From Chrysomallon squamiferum (lineage: Eukaryota; Animalia; Mollusca): a stretch of DNA of 64,000 bases. The stretch spans positions 14,632,001 to 14,696,000 of the forward strand of contig CM022677.1 of the NCBI GenBank assembly GCA_012295275.1. The letters are read 5' to 3'. The notes under the pieces are model-generated. The model was not told the origin of the DNA, made no database searches, and saw only the letters and a program-made list of their open reading frames with translations. This document shows, piece by piece, positions 24,331 to 37,874 of the stretch (its first letter is position 1; each line of letters starts with the position of its first letter). The position numbers were made by a program, and so were the translations under genes.

Positions 24331-26729
24331 ATTTTCATGTTTTTTGTTGCCATGTTTGTTGTGTAAATATATGGGTTGTTGTTGTTTTGTTGTTGTTGTT
24401 TCTTTGTTTTTTTTTTTAAATATATAATTGGATTTTTTAAATATATAGACAATTCTATATTAATTCAAAAAAGACTAAAGCTAACGAAACTCACTTTCAG
24501 ATCGAGATAAAGATAAGATATATCGGTTATTTAAGATACCGGAAAGAAAAAAGACAAAAGACGAACAAACAGTAAAAAAAAAAAAAAAAAGTAATAAAAG
24601 TAACAATAATAATAAAAAGCCTACAAATAATATAAATAAGAATTTAAGTCTAAATAAATAAAGAAAATGGTACAGTATCTTTTTCGTTTCTGAATTCCGC
24701 TCAGTAAGCACAATTAGTCCGTTAGTATTCTTCACAGCTTCTCTTCCGGGCTTGCACCATGTCGACCATCACGGTGGAGAGTCTGTTGTGAGATATTCGA
24801 TCTCGTTCAAAACGCGTGCCGCTACTTATACACCAATAGCTACAGCTCTGCAGATAGCCTTTCTGAATTTACTTTGAAGCTTTTAATACCAATTTTCAGT
24901 TACTTAAACCCCAGTGTTTCTTAGTTTATTAAATAACGAAACTTCCCCTAATTATATAAAACAGCGTCTTAATACCCCACGTACATCTGCATAGGCTCTG
25001 CTATTTAGTTTTTCTGTATTTAGCCCTATTTTCTGTCATTAATTACGTAAAGAGTTAAGGACTGTAAAAATATAAATTATAAAGATGATTATACAACATA
25101 ACTAAATAAATATTATCGTAATATAATAAGATATTTAACATAAAATGTAGCAGACATTCTGCTTTAAGGGGCATATAAAAATAAAGATTTAGAGAATATT
25201 CTATAATTCACTTCAAAGAAAACAAAATTACAATTAAAAGCAAGTCTGCCAAAGAGGCACTAATCAGGTTCTCACACCGTACCAAGCTGAATAGCAGTCA
25301 AAGTTATTTTTATTTTAGTTTTTTTTTAAATACAGCTGCATAGAAAATACAGTCTTTACTGATGAAATACGACACAAAATGAAAACTGGTTTTCTTTATG
25401 ACTGCAGATGAATGAAACTGGCTGAAGGTATAAATCGGGTAATTTTACAATGCGTATTAATTAGAGTATGTTTAAATACTGCTGTACAGAAATGTGTTAT
25501 GATGGTTCACTGTGAAGTGTTATAAAGAGACGACTGTCACGTGGCTCACACCTTTAAACACCTTGGATGTTTTATTAAGGCTCAGTGTACGGTAACAAGG
25601 TGCTTTAATGGCCACCTAACAAGGAATATAAACGCTAAAATGACATCAAACTATATAAATCAGTAAGTCTACCTATCCACTATACAAGTTAAGGTTTACA
25701 TTAATTATTTAATTATGATATACAGGTGACTTGATAATAATACATCATAAAACATACGTTTAAATCATTTTGATTAATGATACGAGTAAGGTTATAAAGG
25801 GAACCAAGACAAAATAAGAATCTGCACGGAGGAAAGATTAAAACCTTAACATTTTGGGTACAATAAATGGTATTGACACAGGTTAATTGCACATTACACC
25901 GTATCAAAATAAGAACAGAAAATTGCTTACCATACTCGTCCGTAAAGAAAATGTCATTCGAAAACATTTGGTTTCCCCGCCTGACTGAATTCTCGTCGTC
26001 ACCGTTTCCTTCGCTTACTTCTCTCCTTAATTACTAAAAGCCAGCCTTTTTTTAATAACAACGCCATGGAGTTGAAAAATTTGCGGAAACAATAAAAAGA
26101 GCGATGTGATTGTAGTAATAATTAAAGTTAATCAATTTCAATTCCATAGTTTAAAATAAAAGAGCGGATGCGATTTGAAGTAACAATTAAAGTTAAGCAA
26201 TCTGAATTCCGTGACACTATATCAACATTATGACAGAAATTTGGTAGTAAATAACTAACTGTTAGTATATACAGTTACTAATAAGACTTCAAACAGAGTG
26301 GGAAAAAACACCCAGATACTGTTTCGTTTAATTTTGACAATTGTTTTCTTTCTTTTTTTAAACTACGCAGGATTTGATGACATTCTACACAGACATGCCA
26401 GCACATAAATAATTTTTATTATTAATAACCATCTACTTTCTCTCTTCAAGGAAATAATAATATCTTCCTGTAAAATCATGTTATTGCAGATTTTTTTTAA
26501 AATTTGTTCCTTATTATTATGTATTATCTTTGTTGTTGTTTGTTTGTTCCATTTAACTTGTTTCGATAATCCATTTGGTGTCCAAAAGTTGTTACAAGAT
26601 ATTGATCAAGTCACAGAGACAAAAAAAAGGAAGCTCAAATCTGCGACGAGTGCTGTTTACATAACCAATAAACTAATGTTTACAAATCGTATGTAATTTT
26701 TACAGACACACAGACAAACAGTGAAATAC

Positions 26730-26854
26730 CTAAATGGAGAAGTTCTGGTATCATGACAACATCATGTGTATATCGTCTGCTGGGCTTCGAGAGAATTACA
26801 ACTTTTGTGTTTTCCAGATCTGATATCAAATGAAGAGGGATCAGTTCTCCCCAT
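26730..26854 (-). pseudogene. LigB-like gene, exon 2 (copy A)
   Basis: ttaag|ATGGGGA...CATTTAG|gtattt; encodes WGELIPLHLISDLENTKVVILSKPSRRYTHDVVMIPELLHLG. Confidence 0.85.
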
Positions 26855-26870
26855 CTTAATGTGTGCCAAA

Positions 26871-26909
<39 letters not shown>

Positions 26910-27286
26910 AAAATAAATAAATAAATAAATAACAAAATGAATACAAGAAAATGAAATTTAAAAGAAAAATTTGTATGACTCTACTTTACAAGAGTATTTA
27001 TAAATAATGTCAGTTTTGGTATAAAATAGATAAAAACATTTCTGTATAATATATTATCAATAGGATTGCAAATAAATATATAATTTTTATGTACTCTACG
27101 GTTCGAAAACGTCATATAGTAGGTCCTCAGTCTTTTGTGAGAATTTGCATTAATCGAAAGCAGAAATTGGTGTATCAATAACTATATTTTTATAGGATAA
27201 TGTTTTCTTGCTGTCAGTATTATTAGTCTATGCTAATTTTAAAAAGAAGTGTTTATGCTAATTTTTACATGCATGCTATTTCTCAC

Positions 27287-27651
27287 CTCAGTGGAAATGC
27301 TTCATCGCTTTTACCGGGTGGACCGTAACCGCTTAATCCCGAAATATTCCGAGCAGAGCCAAATTTATTTACGATGTCTTCCGAAAGTTGGCTAGAAAGA
27401 TTAGCGGTTACTTCATAACAACAAGGAGGACAGTTGCAATTATCAGTATCTCCAAAGCCTTCTCCTGTGGGATTTAAGTAGAACACAAAGTTATTTAAGT
27501 CAGAAATACCATGGGGCGAGCTCAGAAAAAGTATATCGGGCGATAAAGACAGAATCGTCTGATCGACAGTTTTGCAGGCTTCGTGAATTTTCCACGCTTC
27601 TTGTTTTGCTGTGTGGTTGGTTGTATTGAAATGTTTCGGATCCAGAGCAAT
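27287..27651 (-). pseudogene. LigB-like gene, exon 1 of copy A (frame open, but start and signal peptide deleted)
   Basis: IALDPKHF...PDILFLSSPHG...FPLR then a GTGAG donor; joined by deletion to the 3' UTR of the preceding copy at about 27651. Confidence 0.85.
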
Positions 27652-27776
27652 GTTCTTGTTATTATTTATTATTACCGTCATTATCATCATCATCATCATA
27701 ATTATAATAATTATTATTGTTGTTGTTGTATCATTTTTCTTCATTTCCATATGAAATGTTTTGTTCATTCTTCTTT

Positions 27777-27992
27777 TCATCTCTGAACGAATGATGCTAC
27801 CATCATACCGTAGTAACTTGGGTGATAGTTTGCTAAAACGTTTGGTAACCATAACGACAGCCCGGCAGTTTCTAACAGACCATGTAACATGACTAGACCC
27901 GTGTACCCACACGACAGCGCGCGATCGACTAGTCCAGCCGCTCTGTTCAACAGCAACATGCCGTCCAGAGTCGCTGCCCACTCACCAACAGC
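27777..27992 (-). CDS. LigB-like gene, exon 4 (copy B)
   Basis: AVGEWAATLDGMLLLNRAAGLVDRALSCGYTGLVMLHG...YHPSYYGMMVASFVQR-stop; the acceptor is GAG rather than the CAG seen at 6832-6834. Confidence 0.75.
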   Translation of the reverse strand, partial: AVGEWAATLDGMLLLNRAAGLVDRALSCGYTGLVMLHGLLETAGLSLWLPNVLANYHPSYYGMMVASFVQR

Positions 27993-28345
27993 CTCAAATA
28001 TTCAAATAATGAGAACCATCGTGACAACTGTATTAATGAAACAAATACAAACTGTGATCAGTTATGTACTAATCACACAAGTCTTTCAACAATGAAGACA
28101 AAACAGTTGCAGCATGTTCTTTCCTACCCATAACATTAAACATAAATAGTTTTAGAAATCCTCCCAAACGTCAGTTACATTCATTAATTCAAACAAATAA
28201 ATAAGTCTATTTAACACCTACTAATCATAAATATAAAAATGTACTCAGGTGCTATTACAAAACATATCTGCTTTGATACTGTTGTTCTGGTGAAATTTTA
28301 AAGTATTTTTAAAAGGTTCAAGCACGACTGACTGGTTGTACTTAC

Positions 28346-28476
28346 ATGGTCGAATGGCTCTGATGCGTTGGAGTAGCCGTATGGGCCAGTGCTGAGATGC
28401 GTGTGTGCGAGGTCAGCGCTGATGATGACAACAACACGCTCTGGCGCGTCTTCCAAATACCTGTATAAATCAGCAC
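28346..28476 (-). CDS. LigB-like gene, exon 3 (copy B)
   Basis: tttcag|GTGCTGAT...GACCAT|gtaagt; RVVVIISADLAHTH...GPYGY matches the LigB/MEMO S-x-DL-x-H motif; intron phases join exons 2, 3 and 4 in frame. Confidence 0.85.
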
Positions 28477-29446
28477 CTGAAATTGATACACAGACAGGTA
28501 AAAGTTTAATTAATGAAGCAAATACCAACTTGTTATTTAAGCAGTTTGCTGTGTGACGTGTTAACGTAAGCTGAATTCAAAGATAATGGCAACAGTTCGA
28601 AATTAGACATTTGTGAAACTCAAAATGTACAACTTTCGTCAAATTGAAATATTTTACACAATATTACAAACGTAATATTATAACACAAGTCTTTCAACAC
28701 TGAAGACAAAACAGTTGCAGCATGTTCTTTCCTACCCGTAACATTAAACATAAATAGTTTTAGAAATTCTTCCAAACGTCAGTTACATTCATTAATTCAA
28801 ACAAATAAATAAGTCTATTTAACACCTATTAATCATAAATATAAAAATGTACTCAGGTACTATTACAAAACATATCTGCTTTGATACTGTTGTTCTGGTA
28901 AAATTTTAAAGTGTTTTTAAAAGGTTCAAGCACGACTGACTGGTGGTACTTACATGGTATTAGTAGTCAGTATTAGTAGTCTATGTTAATTTTAAAAAGA
29001 AGTGTTTATGCTAATTTTTACATGCATGGAATTTCTCACCTCAATGGAAATGCTTCATCGCTTTGTCTTGTGCAGACAAAGACTTTCAAGAATGGCACTG
29101 ATCAAAGAGATCTCGTTCAATGGAATGGAATGGAAAAAAAATTAACGTGCTAATCAGAGCAAGCTGTTGTGAAGCACGTCTGCACGGGAACGCTTTCTGA
29201 CAAGTCAGCGGGCGTGTCCGTCGCAGAAAAGAGTTTTGGGTAGGGAAAAGAATTCGTTCTCGCCACGATTGCAGGACACAGGGGAGTGTCCAGCATATCG
29301 GATCGTGACGAGTCGGTACCGATGTTTCGCAGCCGCAATTCACCCCCTGTGGTCTCCGGCACAATCTCTCAGCCATCACCGGGTCCGTGTTGTTTGCCGT
29401 CCTGGTTGTTCTGCTCTTGGCTGCTGTTGTTGTTTCTTTTTCTGTT

Positions 29447-30051
29447 TTAAAAAAAAAAAAGTTTAAAGTTTGTGTTTTGTGTTGAGAATGTAATTTGTTA
29501 CTGCAGCGAGGACTCACGATTTTTAGTTCCTCCAGTGTATTGCGTAGTGCTTGTCTATCCTTGGCAAAATTCTGACAGTGAAACAAGTAATTTTTCATTG
29601 TTTCTGAGAGTCCACAACTGCAGTTGGGTGATGTGGTGATGTTATCCTTTGTATCGAATTGCGTTTAGGTTGGTTGAGTAACCAATTCTGGCTTTGGTGA
29701 GATTGTTGTTGTGTGATTTTGGGTGTTTTGGCGAATGGTTTGATATTTAAGTGCCATTTGTTTTTGTTGTTGTTCCATTCGTTTTGCCATTGTTTGTCGT
29801 AATGCTTGGCAGCGATGGAGACAATTTCGTTTATTCCGTAATGTATGTCTGTGCAGATGTCTCGTCTTTAATGCTGAATGACTCTTTGGCGTAGTGGTCG
29901 GCAAGTTCGTTACCGATGATGCTGACATGTGCTGGGAGCCACTTGATGGTTAGTTCGTTCTTGTTGTGTTGTATGTCCTCGTGTAGTTGTATTTTGCTGA
30001 GCAGGTCTGGTCTGCTGGAACTTCCGGATTGTATTGAGATCACGGAACTTT
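29447..30051 (-). mobile_element. I-group LINE copy B, 3' piece
   Basis: WLPAHVSIIGNELADHYAK; homologous to 8132-8801. Confidence 0.9.
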
Positions 30052-30202
30052 ATTGTTGTTATTTCCTTACCTGTTCGCCCCGCTCAGCACGCACTCGGCT
30101 CGGCGTACGGAAGAAAGGAAATACCTTCGGGTTTGATCAGTCCGGAGTTGTTGTTATTGTTATTGTTATTGTTGTTGTTATTGTTGTTATTATTATTATT
30201 AC

Positions 30203-30257
<55 letters not shown>

Positions 30258-30296
30258 TTTTTATTTTTTTATTTATGCATTCATTTATTTTTTTTT

Positions 30297-30336
<40 letters not shown>

Positions 30337-30538
30337 AGTAGTAGTAGTATTATTATTATTTTTGTTTAATTTTATTTATTTTACTTTGTTTTATTATTTT
30401 CTTTTTTACTATTTCTTTTTCTCATTTTTTCCTTTTATTTTTTATTTATTTTATTTTATTTTATTTTATTTTATTTTATTTATTTATTTATTTGTTTGTT
30501 TGTTTATTTTTTTTTGTTTTTTTTTTTTTGTTTTTTTT

Positions 30539-30699
<161 letters not shown>

Positions 30700-30910
30700 C
30701 TTACGGTGAAATTGTCATCGGTAGCGAGTACCGGGACCCAGTTTTCAAACATTCATCTCAGCGCTGCCATGGGAACCGTGTGTTTATGTTTGTACGACCG
30801 TGTCTGCGTGCGTGCGTGCGTAAATATGTATGTATGTTTGTATTGTATTGTATTGTATTGTATTGTATTGTATTGTATTGTATTGTATTGTATTGTATGT
30901 ATGTATGTAT

Positions 30911-30943
<33 letters not shown>

Positions 30944-31164
30944 CGTGCGTGCGTCGGTTTGAAAAAGGTGTCTTCCAATGTAAAACTGAATTGGCACATC
31001 ACGACGGCGCGATTATTAATGCATTTCAATTTCAATGTTTGCTTTTTATTTATTTTTGTATTTTTTTTAGTCATTTAGAACATAAGTAAGTAAATAAATA
31101 AACAGACAAACAAACATACAAACTAACAAACAAAAAAAACTATTAATAATAATAATAAGGATCA

Positions 31165-31215
<51 letters not shown>

Positions 31216-31472
31216 TGATGATGATAATGATAATAAAAACAACAGCAGCAACAATAATAATAATAACAACAACAACAACAACAACAACAACAATAATAAT
31301 TGACAGTGGACGGATGAAACCCGGCGGCTTTTTTCCTTTTCTCTCGTCATATTTTTATTTATTTATTTATTTATTTTTAATTATTTTTTCTTAATAATTC
31401 TTTTTTTTTCTTTCTTTCTTTCTTTCTTTATTTTTATTTTATTTTTTTTTTTTTTTTTTTTTAATTTTTTTT

Positions 31473-31503
<31 letters not shown>

Positions 31504-31730
31504 CTGCAGTCTTTAAGCTGATATTGACATCGGTAGTGAGTTCCGAGACCCACTTTTCAAAATATTGTTATACTTTATAAATTACACTGGGTCCATTCTA
31601 GAGCATCACCTATATTTTTATTAAGTTCAACTTTTATAAGTAAAAATATTTTTCTTTGAGCTTAATTCTCACATTGCTTATTTACAGAATTTTCATCATT
31701 TATCCCAAATAGTGACTAATGAACTTAAAA

Positions 31731-31769
<39 letters not shown>

Positions 31770-32302
31770 TAATAATAATTAAAACAACAACAACAAGAAC
31801 AGTAATAATAATAGACAGTGGACGGATGAAGCCCGACGGCTTTTTTCTTTTTCTCTCGTCCGCCGAGTGGAGTGCAGTCGACCCGACCCGACCTGACCCG
31901 ACCCGACCCTAACAGAGTGTAGCCGAACGGAACTGAGCTGAGATCGGTTCCCATGGCAACGGCGAGATGAACGTTAGAAAACTGGGTCTCGGTACTCGCT
32001 ACCGATGTCAATTTCGCCTTAAAGACTGCACAAAAATTAAGAATAAAAAAATAAAAAAATAAAAAAATAAAAAACATTATTGACAGTGACACAATTTACT
32101 GTCCATCACCACGAAAGACGAAATGCTGTTCACAACAACATCAACAACAGCAGCACCACCACCACCAACAACAACAACAAAAACAACAACAACAGCAATA
32201 ATGCTAATTTCGTGCAAAATGACACGTGAATACACAGGATAAGTACGAAACCTTTCAATTATTATCATTACTGCTACTACTACTACTACTACTACTACTA
32301 CT

Positions 32303-32359
<57 letters not shown>

Positions 32360-32402
32360 GCCATCGTCATCGTTATTTAGCGCACGCAATAAGAACAACA
32401 AA

Positions 32403-32410
32403 GATAAATA
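32403..32410 (+). promoter_or_regulatory. TATA-like element (GATAAATA) at -31 to -24 of the 5S gene
   Basis: Position matches upstream TATA-like elements of animal 5S genes; same motif upstream of 11575. Confidence 0.45.
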
Positions 32411-32433
32411 GACCTCGGTTCGTTAAAGCGATC

Positions 32434-32552
32434 GTCTACGGCCACACCACGTTGAAAGCACCGGTTCTCGTCCGATCACCGAAGTTAAGCAACGCAGGGC
32501 TCGGACAGTACTTGGATGGGTGACCGCCTGGGAACACCGAGTGCCGTAGACA
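32434..32552 (+). rRNA. 5S: 5S rRNA gene, intact, 119 nt
   Basis: GTCTACGGC at the 5' end pairs with GCCGTAGAC at the 3' end; box A (AGTTAAGC) and box C (TGGATGGGTGACCGCC) present; TTTT tract just downstream. Confidence 0.97.
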
Positions 32553-32950
32553 CGCCTCTTTCTTTTGTTTTCTTTGTTTGTTTCTTACTTTCTTTCTTAC
32601 TTTCTTACTTTTTTTCTTTCTTACTTTCTTACTTTCTTTCTTACTTACTTTCTTACTTTCTTCGTTTCTTTCTTTCATTCTTTCTTTCTTATTTTAAGAG
32701 CAACAGCAAGAGCCAATTGACATGGAAGCGAGTGTGTGCGTGGGCGCAGGTTTTGGAGTGACCGTGTTGTGTATGTCTGATTGTGTGTGTACGTATGTTT
32801 GTTATTTCAGAACGCGCCTGTGTGTGTGCGTGTGCCTGTGTGTGCGTGTGCGTGTGTGCGCGTCCCGGTTCGAAAAAGGTATCTTCCAACGTAAAATTGA
32901 ATTGCGAGATCACGACGGCGCGATAATTAATGTATTTTCATTTCGATTTT

Positions 32951-32991
<41 letters not shown>

Positions 32992-33127
32992 TATTATTAT
33001 TATTATTATTGCCATCGTTATCGTTGTCGTTAATCAGCGCACGCAACAAGAAGAACGAAGATAAATAGACGTCGGTTCGTCTTGTTTTTCTTGTTTTTTT
33101 TTTCTTCTTCTTTTCTTTCTTTTTCTT

Positions 33128-33682
33128 TCAAATTTTCAGGCACTGCCGGACAATTCGGCAGTTGCCTCATCTATTGACGAATAACCTACCCATTTACAAC
33201 TGACCAGGTTCTCTTCGAACATTAAAAATGATTAAATTCTGTCTTAATTGAAAATAACGACGATTACGATTTAATTTATAAAATGATCACACACGTTGTA
33301 GTTGTTGTTGTTGTTGTTGTTGTTGCAGCAGTTAGTCAGAAAACATCTTTACGAATAGAAGATCGAGCCCACTCCACAGACGACAGTGTGCCTAGTGTGC
33401 GTCGGTGCCGTGGACACGGTCTTCCATGCGTTTTTTTGTTCACTGCGGCAAAACAAACTCATTTATTAAACGTATTGAAAAAAACAACAAAAAACACAAC
33501 AACTTTTTGGTAGCACCAAGTTCAAACTAAATCCATATAGAATGATTTTTGGAATCAAACACACAAACGTGGCGGCAACTTTGCATGGAATTTAGAGATT
33601 ATTTTTCTCTGGTAATTTCGACGACTACACGAAATGAGAATTATTAGAGGGAGATAAGCCGTGTAAGGAAATGAAGGCTGTG
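33128..33682 (+). mobile_element. Fossil L1/Tx1-like ORF2 C-terminal fragment inside the cassette
   Basis: Homologous to 19321-19910; zf-RVT-like C..C...H remnant. Confidence 0.55.
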
Positions 33683-33942
33683 ACAGTGGACGGATGAAAC
33701 CCGATGTGTTTTTTCCTTTTCTCTCTCGTCATATATATATATATATGTCTATGTGTGTATCTATATATACGTGTGTGTGTGTGTGTGCGTGTGTGCGTGT
33801 GTCTCTGTGTGTGCGTGTGCGTGTGTGCGCGTCCCGGTTCGAAAAAGGTATCTTCCAACGTAAAATTGAATTGCGAGATCACAACGGCGCGATGGTGAAT
33901 GTATTTTCATTTCGATTTTGTTGTTGTTATTACCTTATTGTA

Positions 33943-36900
33943 TCCGGATTGTATTGAGATCAGATCACGGACTGAATTGTATGCATGTGGGTTTGTTTGT
34001 GTGATCTTGGGCTATGAAGGCGAATCCTACTCTCCTGTTGTCTGGGTTTTTTGGATCTGTTGATGTAGATGTGCGTGTGTTGTTTGTAGTGGTCGTTTGC
34101 TGCTGCCAAAAAAATAGCTTTTTTGAACGGTGGGATCTCTGTTTTGTCAGTTTCTCTTTTGATCAGGAAAGGTGTGTTTATTGTTGGTTTTGTTTCTTTC
34201 CCATATTCCTCTTTCACTTTCGATTTCGCTAGCTGTTGTCGGGAAATTCGATAGCAGTAGACTATGCGATTTAAAGAGGTGTCCTATCCTTTGTTGGTCG
34301 GGGACCAGATCCTTGACCGGGTGGTCTGTGTTGAGTGTGTGTATTTTCAGGTTGTATTTCAGTAGCTGCAGTTTTCTTCTGTATTTTAATGGTTGGATGC
34401 TGTATTCTGACAGGAGACTGTCGGATGGTGTTGAGTTTGGCAGGTGACCGATCACTCTGAGGGCGCTGGATTGAATTAAGTCTAGTTTTTTTATATAGAG
34501 TTTGGGAGCTTTCGAGTAAGCCGTGGCTCCGTAGTCGAGCTTGGAGAGAATACATGCTTTGTGTATCAAAATCAGCGTTGACTCGTTTTGTGTATATGGC
34601 ATCGGAAGTTGAGTTGACTGTCGAATGTCACACCTAGTAATTTGAATGTCTTTGTTTGTGTTATGATGTTGTTGTCGATGTTGAGTGTGATCTTGCTGTT
34701 GTCTGATTTCTTGTTGAAAAGGAGGCATGTTGTTTTGGAAAGAGAAATCTTTATGTCCCATTTCAACACTCAGTCGTTTACGTTGTTTAAGTCTTTTTGT
34801 ATTTGTTTCTGTATTGCTGCGGTCGATCTGCCTGCACACCAAAAGGCGCAGTCGTCTGCAAAGAGTGCTGTATTTATTGCTTCCTTTGGTGGATTTCTGG
34901 CGTTGTCTTGTTTGTCGAGTGCTGTGACGATGTCGTTGATGTACATGTTGAAGAGTGTTGGCGAGATTACGAATCCTTGTGGGATGCCGTTTTCGATTGT
35001 CGTTTTCTCTGAGGTGTGACCGTTTACTTTGACTGCTATGGTTCTGTTGTTAATAAAGTCTTTGATAAAGTTGAACATGTTGCCTTTGATGTTGTTGTTG
35101 ATTAATTTAACGAGCAGTCCTTCCATCCATACCATGTCGAATGCTTTTTCAATGTCTAAAAATGTTTTTGATTTTCGAAAAGACTGATTAATTTATGTTT
35201 GCAGGCAGGTGATCTGGTCGTTTGTGCTGTGTTTCTTCCTGAAGCCGCTTTGAAATTTGCTGATTAAATTGTTGTCGTTTAAATGCTGGTTCAGACGTGT
35301 GTTGATCATTGTTTCCAATGTTTTGCACATGTGTGACGTCAGTGTGATCGGCCTGTAGCTGTTGGGTAGTGAGTGATCTTTGTGTGGTTTGGGCAAGCTG
35401 AAACACTCGGCGTGTTTCCAGTTTGTTGGAATCTTGCCGGTGGTCCATATTGCGTTGTAAAGATCGAGTATGACGAGTAGTGTTTCGTCTGGTAGGTGTT
35501 GTAGTATTGTGTAGCATATTTTATCTGGCCCCGTGGCTGTACTTTTCTTCTTTTTGAGTGTATGTTTTAATTCGCTGATGTTGAATAGTTGATTGTATTT
35601 CATGTTTTCTGTGTACGCGGAGTGTTCGCCGATTGCTTGGTTGTCCAGTGGTTTCTTTGCGAATTTCAGTGGGAAGTTCGAATTGCTGCTGGACTTGGCG
35701 AATGTTTGGCTGAGTAGGTCTGCTTTTTGTTTTTCGATGAATGCGATGTTGTTTTTCCCGAGAGTGTTGATTCTGCCTTGAATGTTTTTTACTTTGGCCC
35801 ACAAATGTTTGACTGATGTTTTGTGGTCGATGTTGTTGCAAAAAAGTTCCCAGTGTTCTTGTTTCGCTGTGAGTATTAGGTTAGAAACTTCTTTTTTTGA
35901 TATTTTATATTTTTCTGTCTTTTTTGTATTGTCTTCTGTATTTGTTTCTCTCCTTGCATTTCTTTTCTATGCGTTCGGTCCACCAGGGAGTGGATATTTT
36001 GCCGGTGCATTTTCTGGTTTTGGGTATGTATTTGATTGCAATGGAGTGTATCGTGTTGGTGAGTGATGCGCAGTAGGCGTCGATGTCGTTGGAGTTCTGC
36101 GTGTTGATGTTTCTGCATGCTTTGTAGAAGCCTTCCCAGTCCGCTTTGTTGAAGTTCCATTTCGGTGTGAAGATGGGTCTGTCCGAGAAGGTGTTCTTGC
36201 TGTTGTAGTTGGTGAGTATCGGGTGAGTATCAATGGCGGTTTGGCCACCATTGATGTCGCTGGTGTATGTGAATGTTCCATCGTTCAGACAGACCAGCTG
36301 GTTTTGCTCTAGGAAATCTTCGAGGACGATTCCAGGGCTGTCGTCTGTCGAGCCACCCCATAGGGTGCTGTGACAGTTGATATCGCCCACTATAATGGCC
36401 TTGTTGTTTGTTGTGATCATTTTGTTTAAGTCGTGGGTTTGAATGGTGTGTAGTGCGGGAGTGGGTGGGCTGTATATGTTAATGATGTCGATGTTTTGAT
36501 TGTTGTTGTATATTGTGATGCTGAGTATTTCTATGTTGGCGTGAACTTTGGCTTCGTTCAGCTTGGTGTGTGGAATGTCTTGTTTGACGAGAGTCATGAT
36601 GCCTCCCCGGGTGCTGTTGTATCTTGTGACGTAATCACTTTGGTACCCGGGGACCTTAAAGGTTTTTGTTGTTTTGTTGTTTTTGTTGGAATGTCCCAGC
36701 CATGTTTCTTGAATACATATTATGTCCGGTGTGTTTGTAGTGGAGGCCAGGAAGTGTAGTAATTCGTCTCCGTGGCCTGTTGAGTGAAGCCTTTAGCGTT
36801 CATTGAAGAACGGAGAGGCCTGTGTTCTTGTGTGCTTATCGTGAACAGTTTGTAAATGGCTGTTACTGTTTGTTTTGTTTTGTTTTTGTTCACTGTTGTT

Positions 36901-37874
36901 TTGTCTTTTTGGAATTTCTCCTGTCTGTGTGTAGTTTTAGTCTTTTGTCGTTTGTGTTTATTTTGAAACCCAGGCTGTCTTCAATTACTGTGTGTTCCAA
37001 ATTGGCGTCGTCATTGCCGTTTCCTTGATTGGTTCTGATGTTTTGAAGCTCTATCAAGAGGCAGACAATGATTTTATGGATTTCTGCGATCCTGACCTCC
37101 TTGTCCAGATTGTCTGTCGGTTTGTTGTTGTGTTGGTCCATTTTTCCATGATGGTTTTGGTTTTTTGTTCCTTTTTCTGGCATTTTTTGTTGATATTTTG
37201 TAAGACTTTGTTGTCTCTCCTGTTGTGTTCAAAGTTGTTGTTTGCTTTTATTTTGGCTGGGCACATCTTGTAGTTTGATTCGTGTGGCCCCTGGCAATTT
37301 GCGCATTTTGCCAGAGACCGGCATAGGCCTGAGTTTCTGTGGTGATTTCCACCGCAGAAACTACACGTTAAATGTTTCGGGTTGTGTCTGTGGGTGCACT
37401 GGTTTGTGATGTGCCCCCATTTCTGACAGTGGCCGCACTTGGGCAACTGCGGCCTCATTTCTGCCAGTGTATATTTGTAGCCATCAATGGTGATGGTTGT
37501 GTTCGTTAATTTGCTGTTAAACGTCAGTGTGGTCCAGTAATTTGGCTTTTTCCACATTTCCACACCGACTAGTGTTGAATTTGTTTGTTGTACTAGTTCT
37601 TTGTTGAACATTTCAAAGAAATCTAGTTTGTTTGTATAGGGGTAATAAAAACCCAAATCTTTTGAAATGTATTTATATATTGTTGTATCTTTTGCTTTTG
37701 TTGTTTGTTTAGGTTGATGTTGTTCTTGTTTCGTAATTGGTAGTTGTTTTGGCTGCTGTTGTGTGAGCAGTGTTTGTCTGGGTTGTGGTGTGGGTGTTTT
37801 TTTCTGTGTCTGTTCTGTGTCAGGGATTATTTTTGGTAAAAGCCTGACAACAAATGTTTCGTCCCAGATGGTAA
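33943..37874 (-). mobile_element. I-group LINE copy B, main body, 5'-truncated at the same point as copy A
   Basis: ORF1 knuckles, APE, RT (YRPITLTSHMCK, LDIEKAFD, FADD, LLGVTFD); same 5' junction CAGATGGTAA|ATTTTCATG as at 24330. Confidence 0.95.
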
